DNA of 45,466 nucleotides from a virus (Duplodnaviria; Heunggongvirae; Uroviricota; Caudoviricetes): IMG/VR virus record IMGVR_UViG_2609459834_000005; one strand, 5' to 3'. Shown piece by piece: positions 21,195 to 32,497 of this stretch (position 1 is its first letter; each line of letters starts with the position of its first letter). The notes under the pieces were generated by a model. It saw only the letters and a program-made list of their open reading frames with translations, ran no database searches and was not told where the DNA came from. The position numbers and the translations under genes were made by a program.

Positions 21195-23284
21195 CCTCCG
21201 GAAGTCAGCCAGGGGTTAACATCGTCAGTTACTGTTTTCTTCCGTTTTTGTTTTTTAACAGGCGTGGATACCGGTTCCGGTGAGGATGACGGTTCGGTAC
21301 TGTCCTGGACACACTCCAGCCAGGTTTCCCGGCTCGCCCACTCCGGTGCATCCGGCCAGCGGATCTTTTCGTATCCATGCAGAATGACCAGAGCCTCGGC
21401 ATACACCATCAGGTCAAAAGCTTCGTTGGCACCGCGACCCGGCTTACTCCATTTCCCGTCACTGCTCCGCTCTTCATACGTCAGTTCGTCGTAAAACCAG
21501 CTCCCCAGCCAGTCAGGGAAATGCACATAGCCGGGACCTGGCGAGTCACGCCATAACGCGTTATTCACCCGGTCTTTCAGGGCATCCGTCTGAAGAAGCC
21601 AGAGCGGCACATCACCTGCGGCCTGCGCCCGTCGGCCCGTTCGTCCGGTGTTATCAGGGAATGTACGGGTGATCAGTTTTGCGCGCCGGATGCTGTCCCC
21701 CTTAAACAGGTAAATACGTTTACCAAGGCCATCACGACGGCAACGACGCCAGAATTTATAGGCATTATCAGTGACCCCGTCTTCACCGCCGGAGTCCACC
21801 GCCATTGCCATCAGTCGCATTTGTTGAGAAGGATCGGAGGCCAGCGGCCAGCTTTTATGAAAAACATCCGTCAGCAGGACATCCCAGTCTTCCGGATAGC
21901 TGGCCGGATCAATTCGCTGGCTCTCCCCGTCGCAGTCACTGCGCAATGACTGCGTGATGTTGTAACGATCAATAATCCAGCGTTCGCCACGACTGCCATA
22001 GCCCGTTACCTGAACCACAAAACGGCGATGACGTCCCGCCTGCACATCCACTGTCGCCACAAGGAAATTAATGCCATCCGGCACACTGCGGGAAGGAACT
22101 GGCTCTGCCCGCTGCTCAAGCAGTTCACTTTTTCGTTGCTCCATGCTGGCACGAGGAAGATAAGGCAATCCCCAGTCGGTGTTGATAACCGCCCTGAGTG
22201 TTTCTTCGCTTCCTGTCGCTTCATACTCCTGTTCTGCAGTCAGTAATTTGTAAACCAGTTGCGCCCAGGTCTGATACGCAGCAGCTGGCCCTTCCATCCA
22301 GAAACTGGCGATACGGGAGCGGCGCGGTTCACCGGAAACGTTGCCGTTACGATCAATGACCTGACCTTCACGCAACCAGACTCCTGCACTATTGAGCTCA
22401 CGCTTTTTCTCCGCAGTGATAATGCCGCTGCAGTGCGGGCAAAGTAGATACGCCGCCTCACTGGCTTTAAAGGGATCCGGTTCATTACGGTAGCCGGTCA
22501 TGGCATCCATGGCTGGCTGAAAATATTCACCGCAGTGCGGACATGACCAGTACCAGCGGCGGCGGTCACCACGATTGTAAAGGGAAAGAATACCAGTCGT
22601 CGGTGGCGCTTCATGAGGCGACTTACGTCGCCATTTGCTGTCGCAGATGTCACGTCCCGGCGAGCTCTCCACCAGAGTCATCCCGGCGGACATAAATGTG
22701 GTGGTACGTTTTGAGGCCAGGGAGAAACCATCACCCTCGCTGTCGATATTCTCCGGAAAACGGTCGTAATCGGTTAAGGCGACAAACCGGTAATCCGACG
22801 ACGACATAATGTTGACCGAGGGCCAACCAATTTTAAGGAACGAGCCATCCCTGAACGTCTTATCATGGACATTATTGTCGTTACGACGTGGACTCATTCT
22901 TTTCTTTACCGCCGCACTGCTTCTAAACGTTCTGTCGAGGCGCTTTTTAGAATGCTCGCGGGCCTTATCTTCGGTCATCTGCACAACGAGCATGTCCGAA
23001 GGATCGCAAACGATGGTATAGACAATCCATCCATCGATCAGACCAATGGTCTTCCCTGTTCGCGCAGGACCAACAAAAATCACCGCATCGTATTCACGCG
23101 ATGCCAGGCAGTTCATGGGCTCAATGATGTAGGGTGTCAGTTCAGGATCCCATGGCACCGAGTTACCAGCCCCCTTGGGAACACGCATGAATTTTTTAAC
23201 AGCCTCCGAAATCGGCATGCGACGTGGTGGGGAAAATCCTGCCGATATGTCCCTTCCCAAATTTCGGGCTGATGAAAAACCCAT
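21185..23284 (-). CDS. terminase large subunit (GpA-like)
   Basis: 699-aa ORF with Walker A GPARTGKT, lambda A-like architecture. Confidence 0.9.
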   Translation of the reverse strand: MGFSSARNLGRDISAGFSPPRRMPISEAVKKFMRVPKGAGNSVPWDPELTPYIIEPMNCLASREYDAVIFVGPARTGKTIGLIDGWIVYTIVCDPSDMLVVQMTEDKAREHSKKRLDRTFRSSAAVKKRMSPRRNDNNVHDKTFRDGSFLKIGWPSVNIMSSSDYRFVALTDYDRFPENIDSEGDGFSLASKRTTTFMSAGMTLVESSPGRDICDSKWRRKSPHEAPPTTGILSLYNRGDRRRWYWSCPHCGEYFQPAMDAMTGYRNEPDPFKASEAAYLLCPHCSGIITAEKKRELNSAGVWLREGQVIDRNGNVSGEPRRSRIASFWMEGPAAAYQTWAQLVYKLLTAEQEYEATGSEETLRAVINTDWGLPYLPRASMEQRKSELLEQRAEPVPSRSVPDGINFLVATVDVQAGRHRRFVVQVTGYGSRGERWIIDRYNITQSLRSDCDGESQRIDPASYPEDWDVLLTDVFHKSWPLASDPSQQMRLMAMAVDSGGEDGVTDNAYKFWRRCRRDGLGKRIYLFKGDSIRRAKLITRTFPDNTGRTGRRAQAAGDVPLWLLQTDALKDRVNNALWRDSPGPGYVHFPDWLGSWFYDELTYEERSSDGKWSKPGRGANEAFDLMVYAEALVILHGYEKIRWPDAPEWASRETWLECVQDSTEPSSSPEPVSTPVKKQKRKKTVTDDVNPWLTSGGWL

Positions 23285-23292
23285 TATTCCTC

Positions 23293-23820
23293 CTAGAGAC
23301 TCTCTCCTTCCTCATCAGGAATTAATTCAGCAGCACAAGCCTCGTAGGATTTTTCCTGAAGAGTGTATCGCAGGTCATCAATTGCCTGCTGTACAACGCC
23401 GACGGCCTGAGGAGTCAGGGCGCAATCGCGTTCAAGAACATCCGGAATTGTCTCCAGAACCTGGACGACAGCCTTTCTCATGGACGAATAGACGATGACT
23501 ACTTCATCAACGGGGATGAGTTTTCGCTGCTCCTTTTCCAGCTTGATCCTTTCATTTTCAGACTGGTACCAGTCCTTTCTCTCTTTCGGCTCCATACGGG
23601 ATGGATCATGAACAGAGTCTGCTGCCTCATGCTTCACACTAAACAGGGCTGGCCCGACATGCTGCAGGGCGTAAACGGGGTTCCCCCTGACAGTCGCAGC
23701 CACAGGAGTGTTGGCCGCGAGAAGCCGTTTTTTTACTGTGTCCCGGTGAAGCCCAAAGGCCTCAGCGATTTTAAAAACACTCCAGTAATAAGCATCACCG
23801 ATCCCGCTCACATTTGACAT
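23293..23820 (-). CDS. terminase small subunit (Nu1-like)
   Basis: N-terminal HTH-like region; start chosen at ATG 23820 preceded by GGAG (track start 23850). Confidence 0.7.
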   Translation of the reverse strand: MSNVSGIGDAYYWSVFKIAEAFGLHRDTVKKRLLAANTPVAATVRGNPVYALQHVGPALFSVKHEAADSVHDPSRMEPKERKDWYQSENERIKLEKEQRKLIPVDEVVIVYSSMRKAVVQVLETIPDVLERDCALTPQAVGVVQQAIDDLRYTLQEKSYEACAAELIPDEEGESL

Positions 23821-23989
23821 AAGCAACTCCATCTGGCAGGTGAAAATCATGTTTATTTATATATTTCAATTAATTGTAAACTGGTCTAATGACAGGGAGA
23901 AAAAAATATTGTACAGGTAAAAAGATAAATAACTTTTAATTATCAATAAATTACCAAACATGCTGCCGCCGCCATGGAAATGCAAAAAC

Positions 23990-24050
23990 TAGCCTTTTTC
24001 CGCGACGCTCCCGCCCCGTGGCAGGGGCCCCCACCGGGAGGACCCGACAG
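23990..24050 (-). other. candidate cos site (cosN-like GC-rich core)
   Basis: Minus strand GGGGCGGGAGCGTCGCGGAAAAAGGC resembles lambda left end GGGCGGCGACCTCGCGGGTTTTCGC; ~150-200 bp upstream of Nu1 start. Confidence 0.4.
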
Positions 24051-24196
24051 CCTGACAGCCGTGACGAGCATCTGATACAGCGCTTTACATAATGGCATAG
24101 GAATAATTCAGAAGGACATCACAGCATGCCCACACAAATTAGTGTGAGTGTCCTGTTTCTTCCTACGCACAGGACTGACGAGCATGAGGGGAAAAT

Positions 24197-24364
24197 ATGC
24201 GAACCATAAATGCCTCATCTTCAGCAATGCAGCCGGCATCCGAACAGGACGATATTGTAAATTCACCTAATTACGAGGACATTGCAGTAGTTGAATTGCA
24301 GCTCTGTATTAGCCTGACAGTGACAGAATGCGATATTGACTCTGTCACAGGTGAAATAGTTTGA
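24197..24364 (+). CDS. hypothetical small acidic protein (55 aa)
   Basis: ATG preceded by GAGGGG; hand-translated; not in track (under 60 aa). Confidence 0.3.
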   Translation: MRTINASSSAMQPASEQDDIVNSPNYEDIAVVELQLCISLTVTECDIDSVTGEIV

Positions 24365-24384
24365 ATGATTAGCAGTTATGGTGC

Positions 24385-24591
24385 TCAGTCAACCACCAGG
24401 GAATAATCCTTCGAATTCTTATCGTGCTTCACCAACGCTGCCTCAATTGCCCTGAATGCTTCCAGAGACACCTGATGTTCTATACATGCAATTACAACAT
24501 CCGGGTAACTCATAGAAATGGTGCTATTAAGCATATTTTTTACACGAATCAGATCCAACGAGAGTTCATCAGCAGATTGTTCTTTATTCAT
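24385..24591 (-). CDS. hypothetical protein (68 aa)
   Basis: Track ORF; GGAG 9 nt upstream of ATG. Confidence 0.4.
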   Translation of the reverse strand: MNKEQSADELSLDLIRVKNMLNSTISMSYPDVVIACIEHQVSLEAFRAIEAALVKHDKNSKDYSLVVD

Positions 24592-24891
24592 TTTGTCGCT
24601 CCATGCGTTTGCTCGTCATCTAGCGGTTAAAATATTACTTCAAATCTTACTGCATAAAAGAGGAAAAGTATGAAAGTTTGAGTACATCGACCTTACATAC
24701 ATCTGTCGGTTGCATATCCCTCCTGGATGCCAGCAAGGCTCAATTTTGTTACGCAATCAACACTATTCATTAAAAACAGGCTTAATATTTGACATAAATC
24801 ATCAACAAAACACAAAGAGGTCAGACCAGATTGAAACAATAAACACGATAATGCAAACTACGCGCCATCGTATCACATGGAAGGTTTACCA

Positions 24892-25302
24892 ATGGCTCAG
24901 GCTGCCATTTTTAAAGAAATATTCGATCAAGTGCGTAAAGATTTAAACTGTGAATTATTTTATTCTGAGCTAAAACGTCACAATATCTCACTTTATATTT
25001 ACTATTTAGCCACAGATAATATTCACATTGTGTTAGAAAACGACAACATAGTGTTAGTAAAAGGACTCAAAAAGGTTGTAAATGTTAAATTCTCCAGAAA
25101 CAAACATCTTATAGAGACCTCCTATAATAAGTTGAAATCAAAAGAAATCACATTTCAACAATACAGGGAAAATCTTGCTAAAGCAGGAGTTTTCCGATGG
25201 GTTACAAATATCCAGGAACACCAAAGATATTACTATGCCTTTGATAACTCATTACTATTTACTGAAAGCATCCAGAAAACTACACAGATCTTACCACGCT
25301 AA
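24892..25302 (+). CDS. ydfO: YdfO-like protein (DUF1398)
   Basis: 136 aa from [18 protein letters not shown], matches remembered Qin YdfO. Confidence 0.8.
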   Translation: MAQAAIFKEIFDQVRKDLNCELFYSELKRHNISLYIYYLATDNIHIVLENDNIVLVKGLKKVVNVKFSRNKHLIETSYNKLKSKEITFQQYRENLAKAGVFRWVTNIQEHQRYYYAFDNSLLFTESIQKTTQILPR

Positions 25303-25453
25303 ACCATAACGTCCGGCTTCTCTCACTCCTGAGCCGGACTGCATTGGTTTAATAAAAACCATCAACAATTGTGATTTAGATATTCGGAACCATTCAAATA
25401 TAACAAAACCACGTAAAAACGAGGTTTATGGATAAATTTTATTATTGAATACA

Positions 25454-25630
25454 TCAGATTAAATTAATCTTGACATCATAGCTTTCAAGACCCGTCATTT
25501 TTTCCCGTGCGGTAAACTGAATACTGGTAACTTCTTTCCCGGTCTTTTTCTTAAGTTCAATAATTTTTTTTGTTATATATTCAGAAATATCTGCTTCTGC
25601 TTTTGTTTTTAAGTTTTCAATATTCATCAT
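25454..25630 (-). CDS. gnsB: Gns-family protein (GnsB-like, 58 aa)
   Basis: Hand translation MMNIENLKTKAEAD...FTAREKMTGLESYDVKINLI; resembles GnsA/GnsB. Confidence 0.7.
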   Translation of the reverse strand: MMNIENLKTKAEADISEYITKKIIELKKKTGKEVTSIQFTAREKMTGLESYDVKINLI

Positions 25631-25798
25631 TTCCTCTTTTAGTCTGTTATGACTTTCCAGTTACACAGTAAGTCGATTATATGGTGCAAACGTGTAAAAG
25701 ATAAGATGAAACATCGCAATAATCAACATACGATAGTCTAAATTTTACACAAACAGACAAAGAGAATTTTCCTGAATTATCAATACAATAGCATCAAA

Positions 25799-26029
25799 TC
25801 AACTCAAGAGCCTTATTGCTGCTTCCAGAATTTCTTCTGAAGTAACATGTCGATCCGCGGCTACATAAATGACTTTATGATCTCCGGTCAGAGATGGAAA
25901 CCCTGCGGCCATTACAGTAAGGTGTGTTTTTTCGCCATTTGGATATTCACGCATGATGGTGTTAACTCCAGTCATCGCTGGCACTACCACTGCTGGTTCA
26001 GAGTTAAAAAAAACTATGATTTTTTTCAT
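25799..26029 (-). CDS. hypothetical small protein (76 aa, possibly YnfN-like)
   Basis: Track ORF 25799..26071, start set at internal ATG (MKKIIVFF...). Confidence 0.35.
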   Translation of the reverse strand: MKKIIVFFNSEPAVVVPAMTGVNTIMREYPNGEKTHLTVMAAGFPSLTGDHKVIYVAADRHVTSEEILEAAIRLLS

Positions 26030-26300
26030 GATGTTACCGTAGTATGTGAGTATCCATCGAATAGATACCAAGCAAAAAAGCTCCCGAAGGAGCCTTCATT
26101 TTCACTTTTTTAAATCCAACGACAGACGGCTGGCATTTAAGTATTGTGAAATATTATCAAATGTAATCATCATTCATTTACAAAAGATACATTTTGCCCC
26201 GAAAGGATTCATGTCAGAAACATCAAAAGATGATGTTCTATACTGGGAACCATGACAACACGGGCATCTAAAGTGAATATGGTTTGTAATATTGTCTACC

Positions 26301-26513
26301 TCAAAGCGCCACTACATGAACAGCGGCAGGACCTTTAGGTCCGTTCTCAATACCAAATTCAACTTCCTGATTCTCAGTTAATGTTTTGAAATCGTTGCTC
26401 TGAATTGCTGAGAAATGGACAAACACATCTTTGCTGCCATCTTTCGGCGTGATGAAACCAAAACCTTTTTCAGGGTTAAACCATTTCACTAAACCAGTCA
26501 TTTTGTTAGACAT
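26301..26513 (-). CDS. cspI: cold shock protein CspI
   Basis: 70-aa CspA-family sequence. Confidence 0.9.
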   Translation of the reverse strand: MSNKMTGLVKWFNPEKGFGFITPKDGSKDVFVHFSAIQSNDFKTLTENQEVEFGIENGPKGPAAVHVVAL

Positions 26514-26876
26514 AATTATTACCTTTTGAAGAAATTAGCCCTTGGGCAGAATGGTCCGAAAAAAAATATCAGAGAGAAAAACCAACAAGGAAATCTCAAG
26601 AGGTACAAATAATAAAATTATAACAATGACTGCTTCAGATAAATTTGTAACAAACCAGAACACCATTAACGCATGATTAACCACCCATAGCAAGGATTAC
26701 TTTTGTAAAGAAAAACACAGCAATGAAAGAATAGCTTTATTTATTAATAATAACGTGTCATTCTGATTAAGACCTTTTATCTTACCCTTAAGATTTCAGG
26801 AATTTTGGCTCATGGAAGAGTCCTTTTTATTTAAATTTTACATTCCGCGATGTAAATGTTCCGATTTAATATTACC

Positions 26877-27900
<1,024 letters not shown>

Positions 27901-27904
<4 letters not shown>

Positions 27905-28188
27905 ATATATTTATGATGAGGACGCTCGTGCTTATTGGCAGGATTTTCAATCTTAAAGGAGTACTGATGCTGCAGATAAGACTCAACTTTTTCTGACAAT
28001 TTTTCTGCTACTTCCAGGAAGACTTGCCGGACGCTCCTTCTGGCTGCTGCCTCATAAAACTCCAGCGCAGCTCCTTCAACACGGTCCATGGCGACATCCA
28101 GGTCAAAAATTTCACCGTCAAAGCGTTCTTTGTCCTGTAAGGCTACAGTTACCGTAACTTTATTCTCAAAATTACGGACTCCTTTCAC
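27901..28188 (-). CDS. ydfR: YdfR-like protein
   Basis: 95-aa ORF between holin and endolysin, as in Qin. Confidence 0.55.
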
Positions 28189-28216
28189 AACCAGTTCATA
28201 GTCTTGAGTCGTTGGA

Positions 28217-28432
28217 TTACTCTCCTCTCGCAGCCTTACGCCTGTCTTCTTTAATCTTGAAATAAAGATTTGTCAGATACGTCAGCAGGCCAAAAACCAG
28301 GCTACCCAGCACACCGATTGCAGCCCACTGTGACGGAGTTACTTTATCGAGTAACTGCAATGCCCAGAAACCAGCATTACCCGCCGATGTGCCATAGGCA
28401 ACACCTGTTGTTAACTTATCCATTGATTTCAT
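28217..28432 (-). CDS. essQ: class II holin / pinholin (71 aa) with M-K-S-M dual-start motif
   Basis: [28 protein letters not shown]...; start adjusted from track ORF. Confidence 0.85.
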   Translation of the reverse strand: MKSMDKLTTGVAYGTSAGNAGFWALQLLDKVTPSQWAAIGVLGSLVFGLLTYLTNLYFKIKEDRRKAARGE

Positions 28433-28651
28433 ATCCTCACCCCGATGTACACGGATGGTGCAATATGTTTGAAAAGATCGGAGTCTACGGGGTAGTTTTG
28501 ACAGCACACGCTGTTCTCAACGGCGCTAAAGAAACATACACATTAAAAATGTGAGTAATTATTTTGAAAGAAAGTCATATATAAAATAATAATACGAGAA
28601 ATGTTTTCATATTTAGTGTACTGTATACGGCCATTTATACAGGAAAAGCCT

Positions 28652-28822
28652 ATGTCAGAACGTAAAGACTCAAAATCACGCCGTAATTATCTCGTTAAAT
28701 GTTCCTGCCCAAACTGCACCCAAGAGTCAGAACACAGTTTTTCAAGAGTACAAAAAGGTGCCCTTTTGATCTGCCCTCATTGCAACAAAGTATTCCAGAC
28801 AAATCTTAAAGCTGTAGCCTGA
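28652..28822 (+). CDS. hypothetical zinc-ribbon protein (56 aa, CxxC-x17-CxxC)
   Basis: MSERKDSKSRRNYLVKCSCPNCTQ...ICPHCNKVF; AGGA upstream. Confidence 0.4.
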   Translation: MSERKDSKSRRNYLVKCSCPNCTQESEHSFSRVQKGALLICPHCNKVFQTNLKAVA

Positions 28823-29185
28823 TTGATTTTATTAGTAACAAGTATTTTTTATATTTTAATAATATATTTAAAGCAGATAATAAAAACCCCGCCTGAGCGG
28901 GTTTGAGATTGTGGTGCTTTTTGTGGGAGTCATCCACTTACGCACTTTGTTTTGCCATGCCAGCAGTTAGCTTCTGCTGTAAAACTATTCATGCAGCAAA
29001 CCTGCACTTCACCACAATGGTTAGCATACTTTTCCTGATTAAGATTTTGCCAAATATGCTGGCCATTGTTTCATGTATTGGACCTCCTTAATTTTTATTA
29101 AAGAAATCCAATATTCACTACTCTGTCCGTATCTCTACTCAGGCATCAGCCTTCTTCGTTATCGTATACAGACGAGCGATGAATT

Positions 29186-29401
29186 TTAATCAGTAATGAT
29201 GACATTTGCTGCTGCAGGACCTTTAGCACCACTCTCTATAGAGAAGGTAACCTTTTGACCTTCAAATAAGGTTCGATAATTATCATTCTGAATCGCAGAA
29301 AAATGCACAAACACATCTTTACTACCATCAACAGGAGAAATAAAGCCGAAACCTTTATCAGCGTTAAACCATTTTACTAAACCAGTCATTTTATTTGACA
29401 T
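29186..29401 (-). CDS. cspB: cold shock protein CspB
   Basis: 71-aa sequence matches remembered CspB. Confidence 0.92.
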   Translation of the reverse strand: MSNKMTGLVKWFNADKGFGFISPVDGSKDVFVHFSAIQNDNYRTLFEGQKVTFSIESGAKGPAAANVIITD

Positions 29402-29701
29402 TCTACATTCCTTAACTTGAGCCTTTCGGCATAAATGGTTTGCATAACAGAAACGACTTCGTACTTAATTGGAGAGACTCAAAGAAGGAATAAGTGAATA
29501 ACACCTGAAATGAGAACTGCTTTAGTAAACTACTTCGTATATCGTCTGTTCTTCAAACCGACGCAATCATTAACGCATAGTTGAACATATGAAGCAATGT
29601 TTATTTTAGACATCCAGCCATCTTCAACCCCATCAAAAAACTATAGCTTTCTTCAGGAACGTGTGTATAGTGCGCCAAGTTATCAGTATTAAGGAATTTT
29701 T

Positions 29702-29914
29702 TTGTCCCGTAAAATGACAGGAATTGTCAAAACCTTTGACGGCAAAAGCGGCAAGGGTCTTATCACCCCATCCGATGGTCGTATCGATGTCCAGCTTCAT
29801 GTTTCAGCGCTCAATCTCCGCGATGCAGAAGAAATTACCACCGGATTACGCGTGGAATTTTGCCGGATAAATGGTCTGCGTGGCCCTTCAGCTGCCAATG
29901 TTTACCTTTCATGA
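29702..29914 (+). CDS. cspF: cold shock protein CspF
   Basis: 70 aa [33 protein letters not shown]... Confidence 0.9.
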
Positions 29915-30199
29915 GCTATATTAAAGCTTTAATTTCAGGCCCCATCGGATCACACATGGAGAGTTTTTATGAATAACCCCGTCTGTCTTGATGACTGGTT
30001 GATTGGCTTTAAAAGCTTATGCTGTACTTTGGCCGTAATAGCTCTGCTAATAATATAATAAGCAGACTCATTGTGTTTAGGGACATTGTACTGGAAGAAA
30101 ACATTTTAAACATCAGGCAAATAACCAAGTCACCAGCTAAATAATAAGTTAACAGACATGAGTCCCGGGATGAGATTCAACATTACCATTGCCCCATTT

Positions 30200-30230
30200 A
30201 AAGCACAAAACCCGCTCATCAGCGGGTTTT
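30200..30230 (-). terminator. candidate tR'-like terminator downstream of Q
   Basis: cccgc/gcggg hairpin flanked by A-run and T-run (could act in both directions). Confidence 0.5.
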
Positions 30231-30275
30231 CTACTTTTTCTTAACGTCGGGTATACAAAGCCCATCGTTGAAAAA

Positions 30276-30304
30276 ATTTTATCCATATTTTTTGAAAAAT
30301 GCAA
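30276..30304 (-). promoter_or_regulatory. candidate late promoter (pR'-like): -35 TTGCAT, 17-bp spacer, -10 TAAAAT
   Basis: Read on minus strand 32-60 nt downstream of quuQ stop, ~40 nt upstream of hairpin. Confidence 0.4.
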
Positions 30305-30335
30305 ACATCATGTCGCCATCTTCAGCAAAAATCAT

Positions 30336-31088
30336 TTATCTCGTCACCTTCCTCAATTGCGCTTCCGCGTATGCTTCTTCCTGCCAGCACTTTGTTACCA
30401 GTTTACCAATGACGTCCGCATACCCCTTATACCACTGATAATCGGTCAGGTGTGGTACCAGCTTCTGGACATGACGTCGTGCCAGCGTGGTCGGTAAACG
30501 ACTAAACCGGTTTCCATTACAACGCCCACAAATCTTATATACCGGTACGCCATGAAACCGGGTTCTTTTTTCATCCAGAACAATCCCTTTACCCTTACAC
30601 CCTCTGCACGCTGTGCTGACTTCACCCTTACCATGGCAATGCTGACATAGTTCCTTCACCCATTCTTCCTTGATTACAGATTCCCCGCGTCGGTAGTGTT
30701 TCACCACTTCGCGCAATACATTATAAAATCCCGTACCTGAACAATGCTCACAGCGAGCCTTACTTGCCGCAGACCTGGAGTAATCAGCAAAGGCAAAATT
30801 CACGAGGTAAGGAATAATCTGTAACCGGATTTCTTCACTCAATTTGTTCAATGTCGGGTTATCCAGTGCCATCGCGTAATTTAGCAGGCCTTCAATCGCA
30901 AACTGAGGGTCCTGAACACCAACTTTTGCCAGAAATAAGGCCAACCCAAGTGGTGCTTTCGACTGCACCATCCCCTGCGCTGCCATTACATCCGTAATTG
31001 TTAAACAACCGGTGCCTGTCGCTGGAGCGTCATCGCTCAATTTTGGAGATTTTGGGGAGTAATATTTTGGTAAGGCTTCAAGGTTCAT
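30336..31088 (-). CDS. quuQ: late gene antiterminator Q homolog
   Basis: 250 aa from MNLEALPKYYSPKSPKL; Cys-rich zinc-binding region. Confidence 0.85.
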   Translation of the reverse strand: MNLEALPKYYSPKSPKLSDDAPATGTGCLTITDVMAAQGMVQSKAPLGLALFLAKVGVQDPQFAIEGLLNYAMALDNPTLNKLSEEIRLQIIPYLVNFAFADYSRSAASKARCEHCSGTGFYNVLREVVKHYRRGESVIKEEWVKELCQHCHGKGEVSTACRGCKGKGIVLDEKRTRFHGVPVYKICGRCNGNRFSRLPTTLARRHVQKLVPHLTDYQWYKGYADVIGKLVTKCWQEEAYAEAQLRKVTR

Positions 31089-31101
31089 GCTCGTTCTCCA
31101 C

Positions 31102-32190
31102 TTACGCCAGTACGCCAATTGCCAGCGCGCGATCGATAAAACGAAATATCAGCTCCAGTTGGGAGCCATACTTATCTTCAAATGCCACTGTATCCGTATG
31201 CAGCTCGTTGTGATGCTTTCTGCACAAAGGCAACACAAAGAGATCATGTGCTTTTGTTCCCATTCCGCCCTGCCCGTGACCAATCAGATGATGCGGATCG
31301 TCGGCTGGCATACCGCAGCAAGCACACGGCTGTGTCTTAACCCAACGTGTGTATTTCTCCTTAACCCAGCGGCGACGTTTAGGCAGCTTCATGAAAGATT
31401 CCGGAGACTCTGGATCAACGGTGATGCTTACCACCGTCTTTTCCTGTGGTGATTTTTGTTGCTGGTGGGCGTAAGGCAACGGTGCAAGATTTTTTGTGCG
31501 TTGTTTCAATATGCTGGTGGCGGTCTGCTCTCCCGGTACGATGTCGCTTTCGCGGTACACCGAGCAGATTTTTTCCGCTGGTAATCCCAGCGAACGACGC
31601 GATACAGCCTCAGGTAGTGCATCCACCACCTGATTGCAGACCGCCCACCAGGATAATTCAGCCAAAGATAATTCCCGCTCCTGCGTACCGCTTATTGCGT
31701 GACGGATGACGTCAATCACCCATGCTGTCAGATTTTGTTGAGCAAGCAGCTCCAGTGATTCCGATGTCTGGTCACGCAGTTGGTTGTCGCAGTGCCAGCA
31801 CAACACCATTGCGCCGGTACCATAACGGTGAATGACTGTTTCAGTGTGATGGTAATCGCCATTAGGCCACTGGCAGGATGTAACATGACGTAATAGCCAG
31901 TCGGACAATGCGCCAACGCCGCCAGCAGCACGAATCACCCGTTCGTTACTAAAAAACGGCAGCAATGTTTTGTCTTCCGCCAGCGGCTGGCGAACGGCAG
32001 GAACGACTCCGGATGGCAGATTACGCATGCTTTTTGGTTCCGGTTCCACCAGCACTCGAGGATTATGAAATATCTGTATGGATTCACGGCCCGGCTTAAG
32101 GACCACCAGCCCAAGCTCAGGCACCAGAACAGGTCTAAGTAATACCCGCACGTTACCTCCAGATCCGTTGCTGGAAAGTGCGGGACGCAC
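31102..32190 (-). CDS. ydfU: YdfU-like protein (DUF968)
   Basis: Track ORF; true start may be a GTG ~13 codons in; C-terminal Cys/His cluster. Confidence 0.75.
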   Translation of the reverse strand: MRPALSSNGSGGNVRVLLRPVLVPELGLVVLKPGRESIQIFHNPRVLVEPEPKSMRNLPSGVVPAVRQPLAEDKTLLPFFSNERVIRAAGGVGALSDWLLRHVTSCQWPNGDYHHTETVIHRYGTGAMVLCWHCDNQLRDQTSESLELLAQQNLTAWVIDVIRHAISGTQERELSLAELSWWAVCNQVVDALPEAVSRRSLGLPAEKICSVYRESDIVPGEQTATSILKQRTKNLAPLPYAHQQQKSPQEKTVVSITVDPESPESFMKLPKRRRWVKEKYTRWVKTQPCACCGMPADDPHHLIGHGQGGMGTKAHDLFVLPLCRKHHNELHTDTVAFEDKYGSQLELIFRFIDRALAIGVLA

Positions 32191-32431
32191 GTGGTGGGCG
32201 TTCGGAATAAGGCAGCCTGACAGAGATTATCCAGTGCCGATAGTCGAGACTGAGAGCTTTCTTAACCTCGAACCCGCGCCTGCGGTAAGAATGAATCAGC
32301 CATTCGGCCTGTTCTGCAGTGCATGGAGGGTGCTGGAACCATTCAGACTTGAATGCGTGAGAATACCGCCCGTGCGTGCAGGCAAGAACGGGCGAATTAT
32401 CAGAATTGTAATATTTTGCGTTGCGTGCCAT
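32153..32431 (-). CDS. hypothetical protein (92 aa) overlapping the 5' end of ydfU in another frame
   Basis: Track ORF with non-repetitive sequence. Confidence 0.35.
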   Translation of the reverse strand: MARNAKYYNSDNSPVLACTHGRYSHAFKSEWFQHPPCTAEQAEWLIHSYRRRGFEVKKALSLDYRHWIISVRLPYSERPPRASRTFQQRIWR

Positions 32432-32497
32432 CGGTTTTCTCCGGTGGCACGGTGTTACTCAGCGGGAGTTCAGCCCCGCGCAAGATTGTAGATGAGT

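Noticed and set aside
26046-26255. 69-aa plus-strand ORF
   Set aside because: Overlaps the start and upstream region of the minus-strand ORF 25799-26029, AT-rich, no ribosome-binding site.
28903-29091. 62-aa plus-strand ORF
   Set aside because: Lies in the 3' flank of cspB with no ribosome-binding site; likely untranslated terminator region.
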